Of a DNA stretch of 17,515 nucleotides, positions 1 to 8,034 are shown piece after piece (the first letter of the stretch is position 1; every line of letters begins with the position of its first letter). The stretch spans positions 1-17,515 of the forward strand of contig CAWFFN010000010.1 in assembly GCA_963815115.1 (NCBI GenBank). Direction: 5' to 3'. The position numbers and the translations under genes are program-made. The notes under the pieces are model-generated. The model worked only from the letters and a program-made list of their open reading frames with translations. It had not been told where the DNA came from and searched no databases. This DNA is from an uncultured delta proteobacterium (GTDB lineage: Bacteria > Desulfobacterota > Binatia > DP-6).

Positions 1-101
1 GCGACGGGCATGCCGCGGTCGCGCCTGTCAGGTAGATTGGCCCTTGAACGCATGTGAGCGGAGGCACCGTCTTGAACAAACGACAAGAACAGACCGAAGC
101 T

Positions 102-642
102 ATGCTCATCTCCTGCCAGTACCACGCCGAAGATCGACTGCGAGACGGGTGCCGCTGTGGCTGCGCGCGGTCCGGCCGTCGGACCGCGACCTACTGCGCG
201 AGGGAATGCATCACTTATCGCCGGAATCAGCTTACCATCGCTTCTTTACCGCGAAGCGCGAGCTGTCGGAGCGTGAGCTCGACTACTTGATCGCAGCTAG
301 ACTTCGTGAACCACGTCGCACTCGTAGCCTTCGTCGACAACAGCTCGGGTCCTCTGTTGGTCGGTGCCGCCGGCTACATCGTCGAGCACTCGGAGGTGCG
401 GCCGAAGAGCGCAGAGGTAGCGTTCGTGGTACCAGATGCTCACCAGCGGCTCGGGATCGGTGCCGTACTCCTACGGCACTTGGCAGCGATCGCGCGTGCC
501 AAAATGGTCTGCGTGCCTTTCATGCTTTCGTGCTCGCTGAGAATCGACCGATGATGAGCGTCTTTCGTAAGAGCGGCCTCCCCATGATGACGACTTGCTC
601 GAGCCGGGTGTGCTGGAGGTGAGTTTGAAACTCGTGCCTTGA
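102..642 (+). pseudogene. GNAT N-acetyltransferase (type found at the C-terminus of Pat/acyl-CoA synthetase fusions), broken by 4 frameshifts
   Basis: Stitching frames gives MLISCQYHAEDRLRDG/VPLWLRAVRPSDRDLLREGMHHLSPESAYHRFF..ELDYL/..DFVNHVALVAF..AEVAFVVPDAHQRLGIGAVLLRHLAAIARA/NGLRAFHAFVLAENRPMMSVFRKSG../EPGVLEVSLKLVP*. It includes the acetyl-CoA motif QRLGIG. Shifts at ~148, ~291, ~502 and ~598. Confidence 0.85.
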
Positions 643-690
643 AGACCCGGGGTGCTCGTGCTCTCCACAGAGGCCGAATACACTGGCCCC

Positions 691-995
691 GGCCGCGGCG
701 CTTCAAGTCGCGGAGCACGGTCTTCCAGCTCTCGGCGCTCTCCCGGTAGCCGTCCTCGACCGTAATCAGCTCCTTCGTCCCGTCGGGCCGCACACCGATC
801 ATGACGAGCGTGCAGAGGCGATCGTCCTGCAGCCGGACGTTGAAGTGCACGCCATCGACCCACACGTAGACGTAGTCGCGATCGGCAAGGCTCCGCTTCT
901 GGAAGGCCCGGTACTCGGTCTCCCACTCGTTGGTCAGCCGCGAGATGTTCGTGGCGGACAAACCGCCGGCATCGTTCCCTTGCAACGCCGCGAGC
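691..995 (-). mobile_element. IS256 (Mutator) family transposase, internal fragment
   Basis: LAALQGNDAGGLSATNISRLTNEWETEYRAFQKRSLADRDYVYVWVDGVHFNVRL..LVMIGVRPDGTKELITVEDGYRESAESWKTVLRDLKRRG matches the IS256 segment around the first catalytic Asp. Both termini are missing. Confidence 0.9.
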
Positions 996-1100
996 GACCC
1001 CACGGTCGCGGACGCCATCTGCGACCGGCTCCTCCACCCCGCCCACCGGGTCGTGCTAAAGGGCCCGTCACGGAGAAAGGAGGCCAGCCCCGACAGCTAA
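996..1100 (+). mobile_element. istB: IS21 helper ATPase IstB, C-terminal fragment
   Basis: Not in the ORF track. Manual translation gives DPTVADAICDRLLHPAHRVVLKGPSRRKEASPDS*, matching the IstB C-terminal consensus DPTxADAIxDRLxHxAHRxxLxGxSxR. Confidence 0.85.
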
Positions 1101-1170
1101 CGACCACCCCGCGTCGCTTCGCTCAGATCACGATCGCCGATCCGAGCGATCACGAGGGCCTGGGCGCGCT
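1101..1170 (+). mobile_element. Degenerate IS21 right end with repeated transposase-binding motifs
   Basis: Immediately after the istB stop: GCGTCGCTTCGCTC, then GATCACGA twice (1126-1133 and 1148-1155, 22-bp period). IS21 ends carry such tandem repeats. The terminal CA is not clearly preserved. Confidence 0.6.
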
Positions 1171-1403
1171 GCGCTCGCAGATGCCACACCCGACTTGAGG
1201 GAACTGGAGCGCGACCGTCGGCTGAGCCGGATCGATGACCTGTTCACCGTCGATCTGCTGTCGAGCTAGATCACGTGGAAGCTCGGTGGGAGCGGCGAAG
1301 GTGACAGCGATGCCCACACGCCGGTTCTCGTCTCCCCGGGCCTGATCCATCAATGAACGCGGATTTCCGCGGCGACAGGCTGATCGCCCAAGGGAGCGGC
1401 AAA

Positions 1404-4400
1404 ATGACGACCACAGCAAACGAACACGCCCACCAGGCCTCCCCAACCCAAGGACCGGGTCGTGGGACGGCGGCCGACCCACCGCACCCCCAGGTCGCGC
1501 TGCTGTCCAACGGATCGTATGGTGTCATGATTACCGACGCCGGGGCCGGAGCCAGCACCTGGCGGGACCTGGATGTGACCCGCTGGCGGGAGGACGCGAC
1601 CCGCGACTGCTGGGGGCAATTCGTCTACGTCCGATGTCCGGAGGACGGCAGGATCTGGTCGATCGGGCATCAGCCGATGCTCCGAGGGGTCGATGAATAC
1701 CAGGTCGCCTTCCACGCCGACAGGGCCGAGTTCCGCCGCCGTGATGGCGACGTTGAGACCTGTTGCGCCATCTGTGTTGCGCGGGACCACGACGCGGAAG
1801 TGCGCTTGGTCACGCTCGTCAATCACGGTGGCCGGGCCCGCGAGCTCGACCTGACCAGCTACGCCGAAGTGTGCCTGAATCACCGCCGCGCAGATCAGGG
1901 CCACCCGGCCTTCGCGAAGCTGTTTCTCGAGACAGAGTTCGTCCCTGGTCCGGGTGCCCTGCTGGCCCGCCGCAGGCCGCGGGCCGCGGCCGAAAAGCCT
2001 GTCTGGGCCATCCACGTTACAGCGGCGGACGGCCCAGCCAGTGGCGCGGTGGAATACGAGACCGACCGAGTCAGGTTTCTGGGGCGCGGCCGCACGCCCG
2101 CCAACCCCGCCGCCCTGGACCCCGGGGCACGCCTGTCAGGGACCACCGGCCCGGTGCTGGACCCGGTATTCAGCCTGCGGCGGCGGGTCCGCCTCGACCC
2201 GGGAGGCAGGGCCCGCATCGCGTTCGTCACCGGAGTCGCAGACACCCGGGAAGCGGCCATCGCCCTGGCCGAGCACTTCCGGGAGTTTGCAGCCGTTGAG
2301 CGCACCTTCGCCGGCGCTCGGGATGGCTGCCGGCACGAGTTGTCGGAGCTGGGCCTGACCCCGGATGACGTTGCCCTGTACAACCGCTTGGCGGGGGCCG
2401 TCCTCTTCACCAGCCCAGCGCTGCGCCAGCCGGACGCCGTCGCCGCCAACCGCCTGGGGCAGCCGGGCCTGTGGCCGCATGGCATCTCCGGAGATCGTCC
2501 GATCGTGCTGGTCCGAGTCACCGCGGCCGACGACGGGTCGATGGTCCGCCACGTCGTGCAATGGCACGCATACGCCCGCCGCCGCGGCCTGGATCCAGAC
2601 CTTGTGATCCTGGACGAGCGCCCCGGCGGCGACGCCGACCGACTCCAGGCCGACCTCCAGGCCGGCCCTGCCGGCCCGCTGCTCGGCAAGCCGGGCGGGG
2701 TGTTCGTCCTGGACGCGGGCAAGGTCTCGGCCGACGACGTGGTGCTGCTCACGGCTGCGGCGCGGGCCGTCCTCGGCGGTGGCCGTCGCTCCCTGGCCGA
2801 TCAGCTCGACTGCCGACCGGCCGCAGCCGCCCTCCCGCCGCCGTTGACGATCACCCAGCCGCCCGCACCGGAACCCGTCGGGACTCCCGCCATGCCCCCC
2901 GAGGGCCTACGGTTCTGGAACGGCTGTGGTGGGTTCGCAAGCGATGGTCGCGAGTACGTGATCCTGATCGACGGCACCGCGCCCGGCGGCCCGGCCTTGC
3001 CGCCGGCACCCTGGACCAACGTGCTCGCCAACCCCGGCTTCGGGTGTCTGGTGACAGAGGCTGGCCTGGGCTACTCCTGGGCGGGCAACAGCCAGCTGAA
3101 CCGGCTGACCCCGTGGTCGAACGACCCGGTCTCCGACCCGCCGGGCGAGGCGGTCTACCTGCGCGACGAGGATACGGGGGCGGTGTGGACGCCAACCCCC
3201 TTGCCGCGAGGGCAGGGCGCAGCCGTGACGGTCCGCCACGGCCAGGGCTACACCCGCTACAGCCGCCGGAGCCACGGGCTGGAGCAGGAGCTGCTTGTGC
3301 TGGTACCGCCCGAGGACCCGGTCAAGCTGGTGTGCCTGTGCGTGCGCAACGCTGGCGACCGGCCCCGGCGTCTGTCGGCGACGTTTTACGCCGAGTGGGT
3401 GCTCGGGAGTGTGCGGGACAACGCCCCCTTGCAAGTGGTGTGCGAGCGCGACGTGGGAGCCGGCGCCGTGCTCGCCCGCAACGCCTGGGCGGGCGACTTT
3501 GCCGGCGGGCTCGCGTTCGCGGCCGTCGGCTCGCGGCCGCACTCCGTCACCGCGGACCGCGCCGAGTTCCTGGGTCGACACGGCTCGCCGGCGGCGCCGG
3601 CCGCCCTCGGACGTGCTGGCCTGTCGGGTCGCGCCGGGCCGGCGCTCGACCCGTGCGCCGCGCTCCTGACGCCGATCCTCCTTGCTCCGGGCCAGGCCGA
3701 GGAGGTCGTCTTCGTCTTGGGAGAGGCGGATACCTTGGCACGAGTCCGGCATCTTGCGGCTTCGTACACCGTCCCCGGTCGGGCCCAGGAGGCACTCCAG
3801 GAGGTCCAGCGATTGTGGGACCGGATCCTTGGTGCCGTCCAGGTGACAACATCCGACGCCGGCCTGGACCTGATGGTCAACCGCTGGCTGCCCTACCAGG
3901 TCTTGGCCTGCCGCGTCTGGGGACGGTCGGCGTTCTACCAATCAGGCGGAGCGTACGGCTTTCGCGATCAGCTCCAGGACGTCATGGCGCTTGCCTGTAG
4001 TGCCCCGCAAGAGACGCAGGCTCAGATCCTGCGGTCGGCCGGGAGGCAGTTCGAGGAAGGCGATGTACAGCATTGGTGGCACCCGCCGGCCGGCCGCGGC
4101 GTCCGCACGCGCATCTCCGACGACCTGTACTTCCTGCCGCTGGTCGTCCACCACTACGTCACCGTGACCGGCGACACTGCCCTCCTCGACCAGCGAGTGC
4201 CCTTCCTGAAGTCACCGGTGCTGCGTCCCGACCAGGAGGAGGACTACAGTCTGCCGGGGGTGAGCGAGCAGGCGTGGACCGTTTATGAACACTGCATCCG
4301 CGCCCTGGAGCACGGCTACAAGCTGGGAGCGCATGGCCTGCCGCTGATGGGCACCGGCGACTGGAACGATGGCATGAACAGGGTCGGCGCCCGGGGCAAC

Positions 4401-5333
4401 GGCGAGAGCGTCTGGAACGGCTGGTTCTTCATCACCGTGCTGAACGCGTTCGCGGAGCTCGCCGGGCAACGCGGCGACGCGACTCGCGTGGCGTGGTGCC
4501 GGGAACGGGCCGAGGATCTGCGGGCGGCGCTGGAGGCCAACGCCTGGGACGGCGCCTGGTATCGCCGAGCCTACTTCGACGACGGCACGCCTCTGGGATC
4601 GGCCCAGAATGACGAGTGCCAGATCGACGCCCTCCCTCAGGCCTGGGCGGTGATTTCAGGTGCCGCGGACCCGGCGCGAGCGGAACAGGCCATGGCCTCC
4701 GTCGACGAGCGGCTGGTGCACCCCGACAGCAAACTGATTCAGCTGTTCGATCCGCCGTTCGATCACGGGCCCCTGCAGCCAGGCTACATCAAGGGCTACG
4801 TGCCGGGGATTCGTGAGAACGGCGGCCAGTACACCCACGGGGCCACCTGGGTCGTTCTGGCGACGGCACTGCAAGGCCGCGGCGATCGCGCCCTGGAGCT
4901 GTGGAACCTGATCAATCCGGTCTACCACGCCACCACGCCCGCGGAGGTGCAGCACTACAAGGTCGAGCCCTACGTGGTCTGCGCCGACATCTATGGCGCT
5001 CCGCCGCACACCGGCCGCGGCGGCTGGACCTGGTACACGGGCTCGGCGGCCTGGCTGTACCGCGTCGCCCTGGAAGCGATCCTCGGTGTCCGTCCGTCCG
5101 GCGACATGCTCCGAGTCGAACCCTGCGTCCCATGCCGCTGGCCGGGATACGAGGTCGCCTACCGCCACGGGTCCGCGACGTACCGAATCCGGGTGGAGAA
5201 CCCGGCCGGCGCCGGCCGCGGCGTGCAGTCAGTCCTGGTGGACGGGCAGCCCGTGCCGGGCGGCGTTGTGCCGTTGCGCGACGACGGGGGCGAGCATGAC
5301 GTCCGGGTCACCTTGGGTAGCGAGACGAAGTGA
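1404..5333 (+). CDS. GH94 glycoside phosphorylase, homologous to the C-terminal phosphorylase region of cyclic beta-1,2-glucan synthase (Cgs/NdvB)
   Basis: Two tandem GH94 N-terminal beta-sandwich repeats (LLSNGSYGVMITDAGAG..TRWREDAT; PWTNVLANPGFG..NRLTPWSNDPVSD) followed by the catalytic barrel (YQSGGAYGFRDQLQD, GDWNDG at ~4356-4373, GIRENGGQYTH, GRGGWTWYTGSA). ATG 1404 has an AGGGAG RBS; the open frame extends up to 1353. Confidence 0.92.
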   Translation: MTTTANEHAHQASPTQGPGRGTAADPPHPQVALLSNGSYGVMITDAGAGASTWRDLDVTRWREDATRDCWGQFVYVRCPEDGRIWSIGHQPMLRGVDEYQVAFHADRAEFRRRDGDVETCCAICVARDHDAEVRLVTLVNHGGRARELDLTSYAEVCLNHRRADQGHPAFAKLFLETEFVPGPGALLARRRPRAAAEKPVWAIHVTAADGPASGAVEYETDRVRFLGRGRTPANPAALDPGARLSGTTGPVLDPVFSLRRRVRLDPGGRARIAFVTGVADTREAAIALAEHFREFAAVERTFAGARDGCRHELSELGLTPDDVALYNRLAGAVLFTSPALRQPDAVAANRLGQPGLWPHGISGDRPIVLVRVTAADDGSMVRHVVQWHAYARRRGLDPDLVILDERPGGDADRLQADLQAGPAGPLLGKPGGVFVLDAGKVSADDVVLLTAAARAVLGGGRRSLADQLDCRPAAAALPPPLTITQPPAPEPVGTPAMPPEGLRFWNGCGGFASDGREYVILIDGTAPGGPALPPAPWTNVLANPGFGCLVTEAGLGYSWAGNSQLNRLTPWSNDPVSDPPGEAVYLRDEDTGAVWTPTPLPRGQGAAVTVRHGQGYTRYSRRSHGLEQELLVLVPPEDPVKLVCLCVRNAGDRPRRLSATFYAEWVLGSVRDNAPLQVVCERDVGAGAVLARNAWAGDFAGGLAFAAVGSRPHSVTADRAEFLGRHGSPAAPAALGRAGLSGRAGPALDPCAALLTPILLAPGQAEEVVFVLGEADTLARVRHLAASYTVPGRAQEALQEVQRLWDRILGAVQVTTSDAGLDLMVNRWLPYQVLACRVWGRSAFYQSGGAYGFRDQLQDVMALACSAPQETQAQILRSAGRQFEEGDVQHWWHPPAGRGVRTRISDDLYFLPLVVHHYVTVTGDTALLDQRVPFLKSPVLRPDQEEDYSLPGVSEQAWTVYEHCIRALEHGYKLGAHGLPLMGTGDWNDGMNRVGARGNGESVWNGWFFITVLNAFAELAGQRGDATRVAWCRERAEDLRAALEANAWDGAWYRRAYFDDGTPLGSAQNDECQIDALPQAWAVISGAADPARAEQAMASVDERLVHPDSKLIQLFDPPFDHGPLQPGYIKGYVPGIRENGGQYTHGATWVVLATALQGRGDRALELWNLINPVYHATTPAEVQHYKVEPYVVCADIYGAPPHTGRGGWTWYTGSAAWLYRVALEAILGVRPSGDMLRVEPCVPCRWPGYEVAYRHGSATYRIRVENPAGAGRGVQSVLVDGQPVPGGVVPLRDDGGEHDVRVTLGSETK

Positions 5334-6661
5334 GCCAAATGGCCGACTCACCACAGACCGAGGACGACCTGAATCGGCTGCCGACTGACGAGGACCTGGA
5401 ACGGCTCCAGTGGACCACGATCCTTTACTACCTGCACGAGACGAACCCCGATAACGGGCTGGTCCGGGACAAGACCGATCCGGCCGCCCCGTGCAGCATC
5501 GCCGCCGTCGGGATGGCCCTGGCGACCCTCCCGGTCGCCGTCGAGCGCGGCGTGGTCCTCCGGCAGTTCGCGGCGAAGATCGCGCGCAGCAGACTCCGCT
5601 ATCTGCACGACCTCCCGCAGGGGCCGGAGCCGGACGCCTCCGGGTACAAGGGCTTCTTCTACCACTTCCTCGACATCGAGACGGGCCGCCGTGTGTGGCA
5701 GTGTGAGCTGTCCACCATCGATTCGGCGTTCCTGTTCGCAGGCTTGCTCATCGCCGCGGCATATTTCGACCACGATACGGCCGACGAGGTCGAGGTCGGC
5801 CGCCTGGCCGACGCGCTCTATCGCCGGGCCGACTGGAACTGGGCCCGGGACGGCGGCGCGACGCTCACGCATGGCTGGCGGCCGGAAAGCGGCTTTCTCC
5901 CGCATCGCTGGGAGGGCTACGACGAGGGGTTGCTCCTGTACGTGCTGGGCCTGGGCTCGCCGACGCACCCGTTGCCGCCGGAGAGTTACGCCGCCTTCTG
6001 CGCGACGTACCAGTGGAAGCAGCTCTACGGCCGCGAGTTGCTCTACTCCGGGCCGCTGTTCACCCACCAGCTCTCGCACCTGTGGGTTGACTTCCGCGGC
6101 CTCCGTGACGCCTTCATGCGCGACCACGGCAGCGACTACTTCGAGAACAGCCGGCAGGCGACTTTCGTGCAGCAGGCCTACGCGGTCCATAACCCGCTGC
6201 AATTCACCGGCTACGGGGAGCACTGCTGGGGGTTGACGGCGTGCGACGGCCCCGGCTGGGTGAAGCGGGTCGTGGACGGAGTGGAGCGGCAGTTCTTCGA
6301 CTACAACGCCCGTGGCGCCCCGTTCGGCCCGGACGACGGCACCGTCGCCCCGTGGGTCGTGGTCGCCTCGCTGCCGTTCGCCCCGGAGATCGTCATTCCC
6401 ACCGTCCGCCACCTGGCCGGCCTGAAGCTGGGCGGCCGAGACCGGCCGTACGGGTTCAAGGCGTCGTTCAACCGGACGTTCCGCGTGGACGACAGCCCGA
6501 CCGGCTGGTGGGTGACGCCGTACCAATTCGGCATCGACCAGGGGCCGGTGGTGCTGATGATCGAGAACTATCGCACCGGCCTGGTCTGGGCCATCACGCG
6601 CCGCTGCCCGTATTTCGTCGCGGGGCTGCGGCGGGCTGGATTCACCGGCGGCTGGCTGTAG
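5330..6661 (+). CDS. Glycoamylase-domain (DUF2329) protein, GH144-like endo-beta-1,2-glucanase
   Basis: Motifs NGLVRD..CSIAAVG, GYKGFFYHFLD, ELSTIDSA, WEGYDEG, GPLFTHQLSHLWVDFRG, DYFENSRQAT, WGLTACDGP, DDGTVAP and GIDQGP. GTGA overlap with the GH94 stop (alternative ATG 5339). No signal peptide visible. Confidence 0.85.
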   Translation: MSQMADSPQTEDDLNRLPTDEDLERLQWTTILYYLHETNPDNGLVRDKTDPAAPCSIAAVGMALATLPVAVERGVVLRQFAAKIARSRLRYLHDLPQGPEPDASGYKGFFYHFLDIETGRRVWQCELSTIDSAFLFAGLLIAAAYFDHDTADEVEVGRLADALYRRADWNWARDGGATLTHGWRPESGFLPHRWEGYDEGLLLYVLGLGSPTHPLPPESYAAFCATYQWKQLYGRELLYSGPLFTHQLSHLWVDFRGLRDAFMRDHGSDYFENSRQATFVQQAYAVHNPLQFTGYGEHCWGLTACDGPGWVKRVVDGVERQFFDYNARGAPFGPDDGTVAPWVVVASLPFAPEIVIPTVRHLAGLKLGGRDRPYGFKASFNRTFRVDDSPTGWWVTPYQFGIDQGPVVLMIENYRTGLVWAITRRCPYFVAGLRRAGFTGGWL

Positions 6662-6944
6662 CGCGGCGGCCGGCGGGAGACCCTCATGAGCGAACAGGCA
6701 GTCCCGATCAACCGGTAGACCGGCCGGCGCTTCGTCGGCGTCGTCAAGAGCTGCCTTGGGCTCCGAGGTGCGCTGGCGGACGCCGAGCCCGGCTTGATGG
6801 GTCATTACGCTCTTCTCTTCTCGTCGGCGATGGTCGGACGTCCAACCTGGTGATCCTATGTCCACTGTTTCCGGGGCACGCTTGCGAGCCCGAGGCAATC
6901 GGGAACGCCGGTTTGGGCCGGCGTCACGGTGACCTCTGGCGCCG

Positions 6945-6968
6945 TGTTCCAGTTGTTCCTGCTGTTCC
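6945..6968 (+). repeat. TGTTCC x3 with 9-bp period
   Basis: tgttcc-agt-tgttcc-tgc-tgttcc at 6945, 6954 and 6963. Confidence 0.7.
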
Positions 6969-7022
6969 CTGCAGAGAGACGAGGCGGATGGCCGAGGGGC
7001 GGACAGCGTTGCCGCCATCTGG

Positions 7023-7053
7023 GCCAACGGCGACCGGTGAGCCAACGGCGACC
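7023..7053 (+). repeat. 13-bp direct repeat GCCAACGGCGACC x2
   Basis: Exact copies at 7023-7035 and 7041-7053 with a 5-bp spacer. Confidence 0.8.
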
Positions 7054-7123
7054 AAACGTAGATGACCAGTCGCGGGAACCGCGCGGTCGTCACTCGAGGC
7101 GGATGTTGTTCCACGAGGCCGCG

Positions 7124-7145
7124 AGCGGGAACGGTTCCCGCTTTT
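7124..7145 (+). terminator. Candidate intrinsic terminator or palindromic operator
   Basis: AGCGGGAAC-G-GTTCCCGCT is a perfect 9-bp inverted repeat, running into TTTT (7142-7145). Confidence 0.45.
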
Positions 7146-7271
7146 CCGGGTCAAGTTGGGTTCTTACGGGTCGTTTTGGGATCGCGCCGCGACCCTGACT
7201 TGGGCTCGTTCTGGTCGGAAGTCTCGGAAGGTACGCGGCTTTCGGGTGCGGCACGCTGCTCGCCCTCTCGA

Positions 7272-7294
7272 AGTTCGAATCTCCCCCCCTCCGC
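7272..7294 (+). mobile_element. tRNA (probably Ser) 3' fragment, putative att core of an integrative element
   Basis: AG-TTCGAAT-CTCCC-CCCCTCC-G-C parses as T-loop, 3' T-stem, 3' acceptor strand and discriminator G, implying a GGAGGGG 5' end typical of tRNA-Ser. Similarity stops just 5' of the T-loop, and no 5' half is present. Confidence 0.65.
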
Positions 7295-7329
7295 TTGTCT
7301 ATTCGCGACCTTGCTACTTGGTGTGCTCG

Positions 7330-7350
7330 CTTTGGACTGCCTTTGGACTG
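7330..7350 (+). repeat. CTTTGGACTG x2 (11-bp period), resembling integrase arm-type sites
   Basis: Exact copies at 7330-7339 and 7341-7350, ~35 bp from the tRNA fragment. The arm-site role is inference. Confidence 0.55.
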
Positions 7351-7445
7351 TTCGGCCGGGCGGGTTCTAACGAACCGTAGAAGCAGCGTGGTTCGCTCGC
7401 AGTTGAGCCCGGGTCGCCGCATGGTCCGGGGCGGCGCCCAAGAGA

Positions 7446-7569
7446 CAGTCCGCCAACTCGGCGGTCGCCCCAAGGTATCATCCACGCCATCCGCGAGCAG
7501 AAGAGCGACGACGACCTCGCCGCCTTCGTCGTGCGCGTCTTCCGCGGCGAGGTCGAAGGGGTGAAGCTG
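7446..7569 (+). pseudogene. DUF5681-like (GQSGNPGGRPKG) phage small-terminase-type protein remnant
   Basis: With two single-base corrections it reads QSAN(x)GGRPK(G)IIHAIREQKSDDDLAAFVVRVFRGEVEGVKL, then breaks off. Confidence 0.55.
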
Positions 7570-7575
7570 CCGCCG

Positions 7576-7695
7576 CTACCATGCCGTGCCCGAGCACACA
7601 TCGGCGGCGCCCAGACGGAGGAGCAGCAACGCAGCAAGGACAACGGCGGCGATCGCCAGAGCCGGAGTCCGCCCGGGGGCGCTTAGGTTAGTCAC
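7576..7695 (-). pseudogene. N-terminal fragment of a membrane protein, ArnT/GT39-83-like start
   Basis: GTG overlapping the upstream stop gives MTNLSAPGRTPALAIAAVVLAALLLLRLGAADVCSG, a TM helix followed by an 'LG..D' loop, then an abrupt stop. The family call is tentative. Confidence 0.35.
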
Positions 7696-8001
7696 CTGCC
7701 GAGCCGTCCCCGTTCTCCTGCCCGCGCGACGCTTCCGTGGGCACGATGCGAAACACGGCGAACTGCACCGTGCGGCGCACCTCGACGAAGCGGCCGTCGG
7801 TAGCGAGCGTGCCGGCCTCGCCGACCGGCGTCACGACCACCGTTCCTGCCTTCAGGGGTGCGAGCGCGCGCCGATCGGAGACGTTCTGCATGTCGCGGTT
7901 CAGGTAGTACCCGAACTCGCGCGCCCCTTCTCCTCCATCTGGAACCCGGTGACGGGCGTGCCCCGCGGGCCAATCGCCCGCTCCAGCGTGGCAACCTCCT
8001 C
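7688..8001 (-). pseudogene. C-terminal fragment of a protein resembling the soluble tail of ArnT-like glycosyltransferases
   Basis: EEVATLERAIGPRGTPVTGFQMEEKG/REFGYYLNRDMQNVSDRRALAPLKAGTVVVTP..FAVFRIVP.. with one frameshift at ~7922. It has no 5' part and abuts the cytochrome c 3' end. Confidence 0.35.
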
Positions 8002-8034
8002 GCCTGACGCGAACCCGGGTCGCCCGGCGCGGCG

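Noticed and set aside
1340-1356. FNR/CRP-type box (also 8434-8450)
   Set aside because: The ATCAA half-site is present, but the spacer is 2 bp instead of the 4 bp in TTGAT-N4-ATCAA.
1199-1356. Protein-like frame ELERDRRLSRIDDLFTVDLLSS*ITWKLGG..
   Set aside because: No start, an internal stop and no recognisable family.
5348-7114. 588-aa minus-strand ORF and other long shadow ORFs (e.g. 2471-4000 +, 14984-16177 -)
   Set aside because: Antisense or off-frame shadows of GC-rich genes with no recognisable motifs.
7200-7297. Complete tRNA gene
   Set aside because: No GGAGGGG 5' acceptor strand, D-arm or matching 5' T-stem; only the 3' fragment is present.
6945-7350. CRISPR array
   Set aside because: Repeats are 6-13 bp, in 2-3 copies, without 30-40-bp spacers, and there are no cas genes.
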